From assembly GCF_016432865.1 (NCBI RefSeq), contig NC_067403.1:36332001-36396000 (forward strand): a stretch of 64,000 nucleotides of DNA, in the 5' to 3' direction. Source of the stretch: Antechinus flavipes (Eukaryota). A program made the translations under genes and the position numbers. This document shows positions 61,341 through 64,000 of the stretch, one piece after another. A model generated the notes under the pieces. That model searched no databases, was not told where the DNA came from, and was given only the letters and a program-made list of their open reading frames with translations. Within the stretch, counting starts at the first letter, position 1. Every line of letters begins with the position of its first letter.

Positions 61341-62681
61341 AGCTCAGCTCAGACATTTCCCTACCTCTCCCCTGGCTGTATTATTTGGGGGCTTTCTCTG
61401 ATTTTTTTTCCATCATTCCCCAGGAAAGTCCTTAAGGGATAACCTGGTCAGGTCATCAGAGCTCAATGGACATTAAACACCAATCCCATCACTATGCTCT
61501 GCCTCTCCAAGGTGGGACCTTGAACTCCAAATCTCCATTGAAAGAGAGGGGTCAGCGAGGGGCCCAAGCTTCTCAGTAGGCTACATTGCTCTGAGACTTC
61601 TCCACTATCCCAGCAGAACCCCCAACAGCTTCCTTGGGTTTTATCTTCTCCTGTTAGACTGTGAGCTCCTATGGGGCAGCCCTTCTTCCTTTGGCCTTCT
61701 CTCTCACGTTTGTATCCCCAGCACTTAGCAAAAAGTCTGGCACAGAGCAGATGCTTTTTGGGGGGAATAATAATAGCAAAGTTGAGATCTCCAAACAAAA
61801 ATATACTAATCACTTTACCAAAGATGGCTCTCAGGTAAAGAATTTAAGCATAACACAACTCAATAAATCAGAGGATAACTTTTAAGTTCTATGTCCCAAA
61901 TAACCTATTTAATAAACCAAGAAGTTATGACAATATTATTTTGATAACACCTGCAAGAAAATAAGATTTTCCAATTTTTAGCAATGCTTTTGCAAGTTTA
62001 CTGCACTGAAACCTAAAATGGCACGAGATTTATTTAGAATTTCACCTTTATGCTAATTCTTACCTAATAAGTATAAAAAAGCTACAGTTAACTGCATTCT
62101 AAAAATTAGTTATCTACAAAAGTCAAAAAAGCAGCTAAGATACTCACATCTTTTTGTTCAGTCATTAGCTTGAAATCTGGCTTACTCCTCACAGGCCTTT
62201 CCAAAAAAACATAATACTAGGCTTCCAAGGTCCTTTTTAAAGGATTTGATTGCACCAACTGCTAACACAGCTGGCCTGAGGTTTTAATCCCAATAATAGC
62301 ACCAATCAATAAACCCAAACACAAAGCAAAAAGGAACAAAGCAGTATTTTTTCAAAGAAAATAAAAGTGCTGTAGAAAGATGATCACCATCTCCAGGAAA
62401 GCATTTCATACATGAACTTAATGTTATTCTGCACTACAAAATGCTTATTGAAAATACTTGCAATTATTTTTAACCTGTGGGTTGTTTCTTGAAATATAGC
62501 AAATCAATTTCTAGATATTAACAAAAAAATTAATTTAAGACATTCCCACAGGTTAGAAATACTGAAGACAAATTAAATAATCAGTGTAACAGCTGAAAAT
62601 TCTTTGAAAAGAAAGGAGAGTAGTTAGAGAATGCTAAGGAGAGCCCCGATCAGCCATGCGCCAGCCCGCTTGTCTCCCCAC

Positions 62682-62846
62682 CTCAGGCAGCTGGCTGTTA
62701 GCATTGTCTAGAGAGGCCTCCATGCCGGGGCTGTCCGCTCGGATGTGAAGGACTTCTTCCGGGGCGACACTGCTGGCCGAATCTTGGCACTGAAGGAGGG
62801 AATCTGGGTGGTCTGGTATTTCATCTAGGGTGGACTCATTGGTTAA
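62682..62846 (-). CDS. FRYL: FRYL internal coding exon (most 5' one in the window)
   Basis: ctcttag|TTA; reads LTNESTLDEIPDHPDSLLQCQDSASSVAPEEVLHIRADSPGMEASLDNANSQLPE; donor |gtgggg. 165 nt, phase 0/0; resembles recalled human ...EASLDNANSRLPE. Confidence 0.9.
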
Positions 62847-64000
62847 CTAAGAGGATGAGAAAAAAGCAAAATGGTGGGTAAACGTGGGAGCCGATGACGG
62901 GTCTGAAGATTGAAAGAAATCAAACTGATCCTGAAAGATATTGTGTTGCTTGGGTTAAAATGGCTGTTTCAGCAATTTCTTGAATTTTTTTCATTTCAAA
63001 ATCAACCATGACAGCTATCAGTAACATATTCATGGAAACATCAGTAGATCCCCTCCCCCTAATATCCCTAAATATAAGCAAAACCTATCTAATGCAAACA
63101 GTGAAGGGAACTCCTCCTTGCCTCAGGGTAGACTGGCACCCTCACTTCCACTAACAAGCCTGGACACCAAGGGGTGAAATGATTTTGCCATGTGCCAATG
63201 CTAGGAAGTTGTGGGAGGCAAGCCTCCCAGCTCTGGCTCTCTTGCCAAGACTACTACAGGGAAACCAGGTGGGTCTCTGGGCCTCTGCCTCCAAGACCAG
63301 CTCCCGTGAAGCATCTTTGAGGCCTCCGGCTTGGAGATCCTGAACTTTTCTTGTGTCACAAACGCACTGGTAAAGTCTTAAACCCTTATCAGAACAATAT
63401 TTTACAATAAATAAAGGAAATATTAAATTCCAGTTAGAGTATACTGAAAATAAAGATGTCCTAATTTTTTTCTCTTTCTTTCATGTCCACAGCTATCTCT
63501 GGTTAAGAACTACTTTTGTCTTTTCTTCCTTATAAAACTGCTTTTTGACCTTTTTCATGTACTATTATGTCAATTCTGTAATGTGGTTCTTTGTGAATAT
63601 GTAGAATGATGCTGTTAGTGTGTAAGCTTCAAGAGTGCAGAGACTATGTTATCTAATTGTTTTTGCCTCAGGGATCTACACACAACGGATGCTCAATGAA
63701 TATTTGCTGAATTTTTTTTACAATTTTTCTTTTGGATTTCTGTCCAGAGTTCTGCCCAATGAGTTATCTCTCCCGGTTTAATGTCACTGAGAAACATGGT
63801 AGTCAGGGCTACTAAGCCCTTTAGCTTGAAGGTCATAAATGAAGAGGGAAAATGGCACTTATACTGAACTTTTAAGTTTGTGATGTACTCTAGAGACAGA
63901 ATCTTACTTGAGTCTCCTAACTTTATGAGATGTTATTTATGAGTTCCCCTTTTTACAGAAAACTCTGAGAGATTAAGTGCTTTGGCCAGGGCCCCAAATT

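Noticed and set aside
63270-63345. Possible further FRYL exon near the window end
   Set aside because: The acceptor and donor are weak and there is no recognisable FRYL peptide.

Overview
Eukaryotic, AT-rich, repeat-dense window from a marsupial, most likely a dasyurid such as the Tasmanian devil. The species call is an inference from WSINE1/MAR1-type SINEs and marsupial L1 3' ends. It holds the mammalian syntenic block SLC10A4 (+, 3 exons, 445 aa, CDS 23517-28948), ZAR1 (+, 4 exons, 343 aa, CDS 30081-32428) and the last 10 coding exons of FRYL (-, 62846 to 38435, 507 aa plus stop, including an 18-nt microexon). All exons were located by reading GT/AG junctions, and their phases join into open frames. 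The first ~22 kb and the FRYL introns are mostly L1, L2, L3/CR1, MIR/MAR1, WSINE1, solo LTRs and a hAT MITE, and there is one 191-N assembly gap. No rRNA, tRNA, CRISPR or new protein-coding gene is supported, and I see no new multi-gene system. The most unusual signals are structural or regulatory: (1) a perfect 74-bp inverted copy of an old MIR segment pasted into a solo LTR 2.2 kb away, just upstream of SLC10A4, where the same LTR also carries a nested L1 tail; (2) a 39-bp-arm fold-back palindrome in a FRYL intron; (3) the FRYL QMEILA microexon with an SRRM4-type UGC signature; (4) a FRYL-sense intronic LTR with a perfect SOXE-type dimer palindrome; (5) a wide-spaced RE1-like site and an overlapping uORF at SLC10A4. 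Gene and repeat family names come from recalled homologues, not from database searches.
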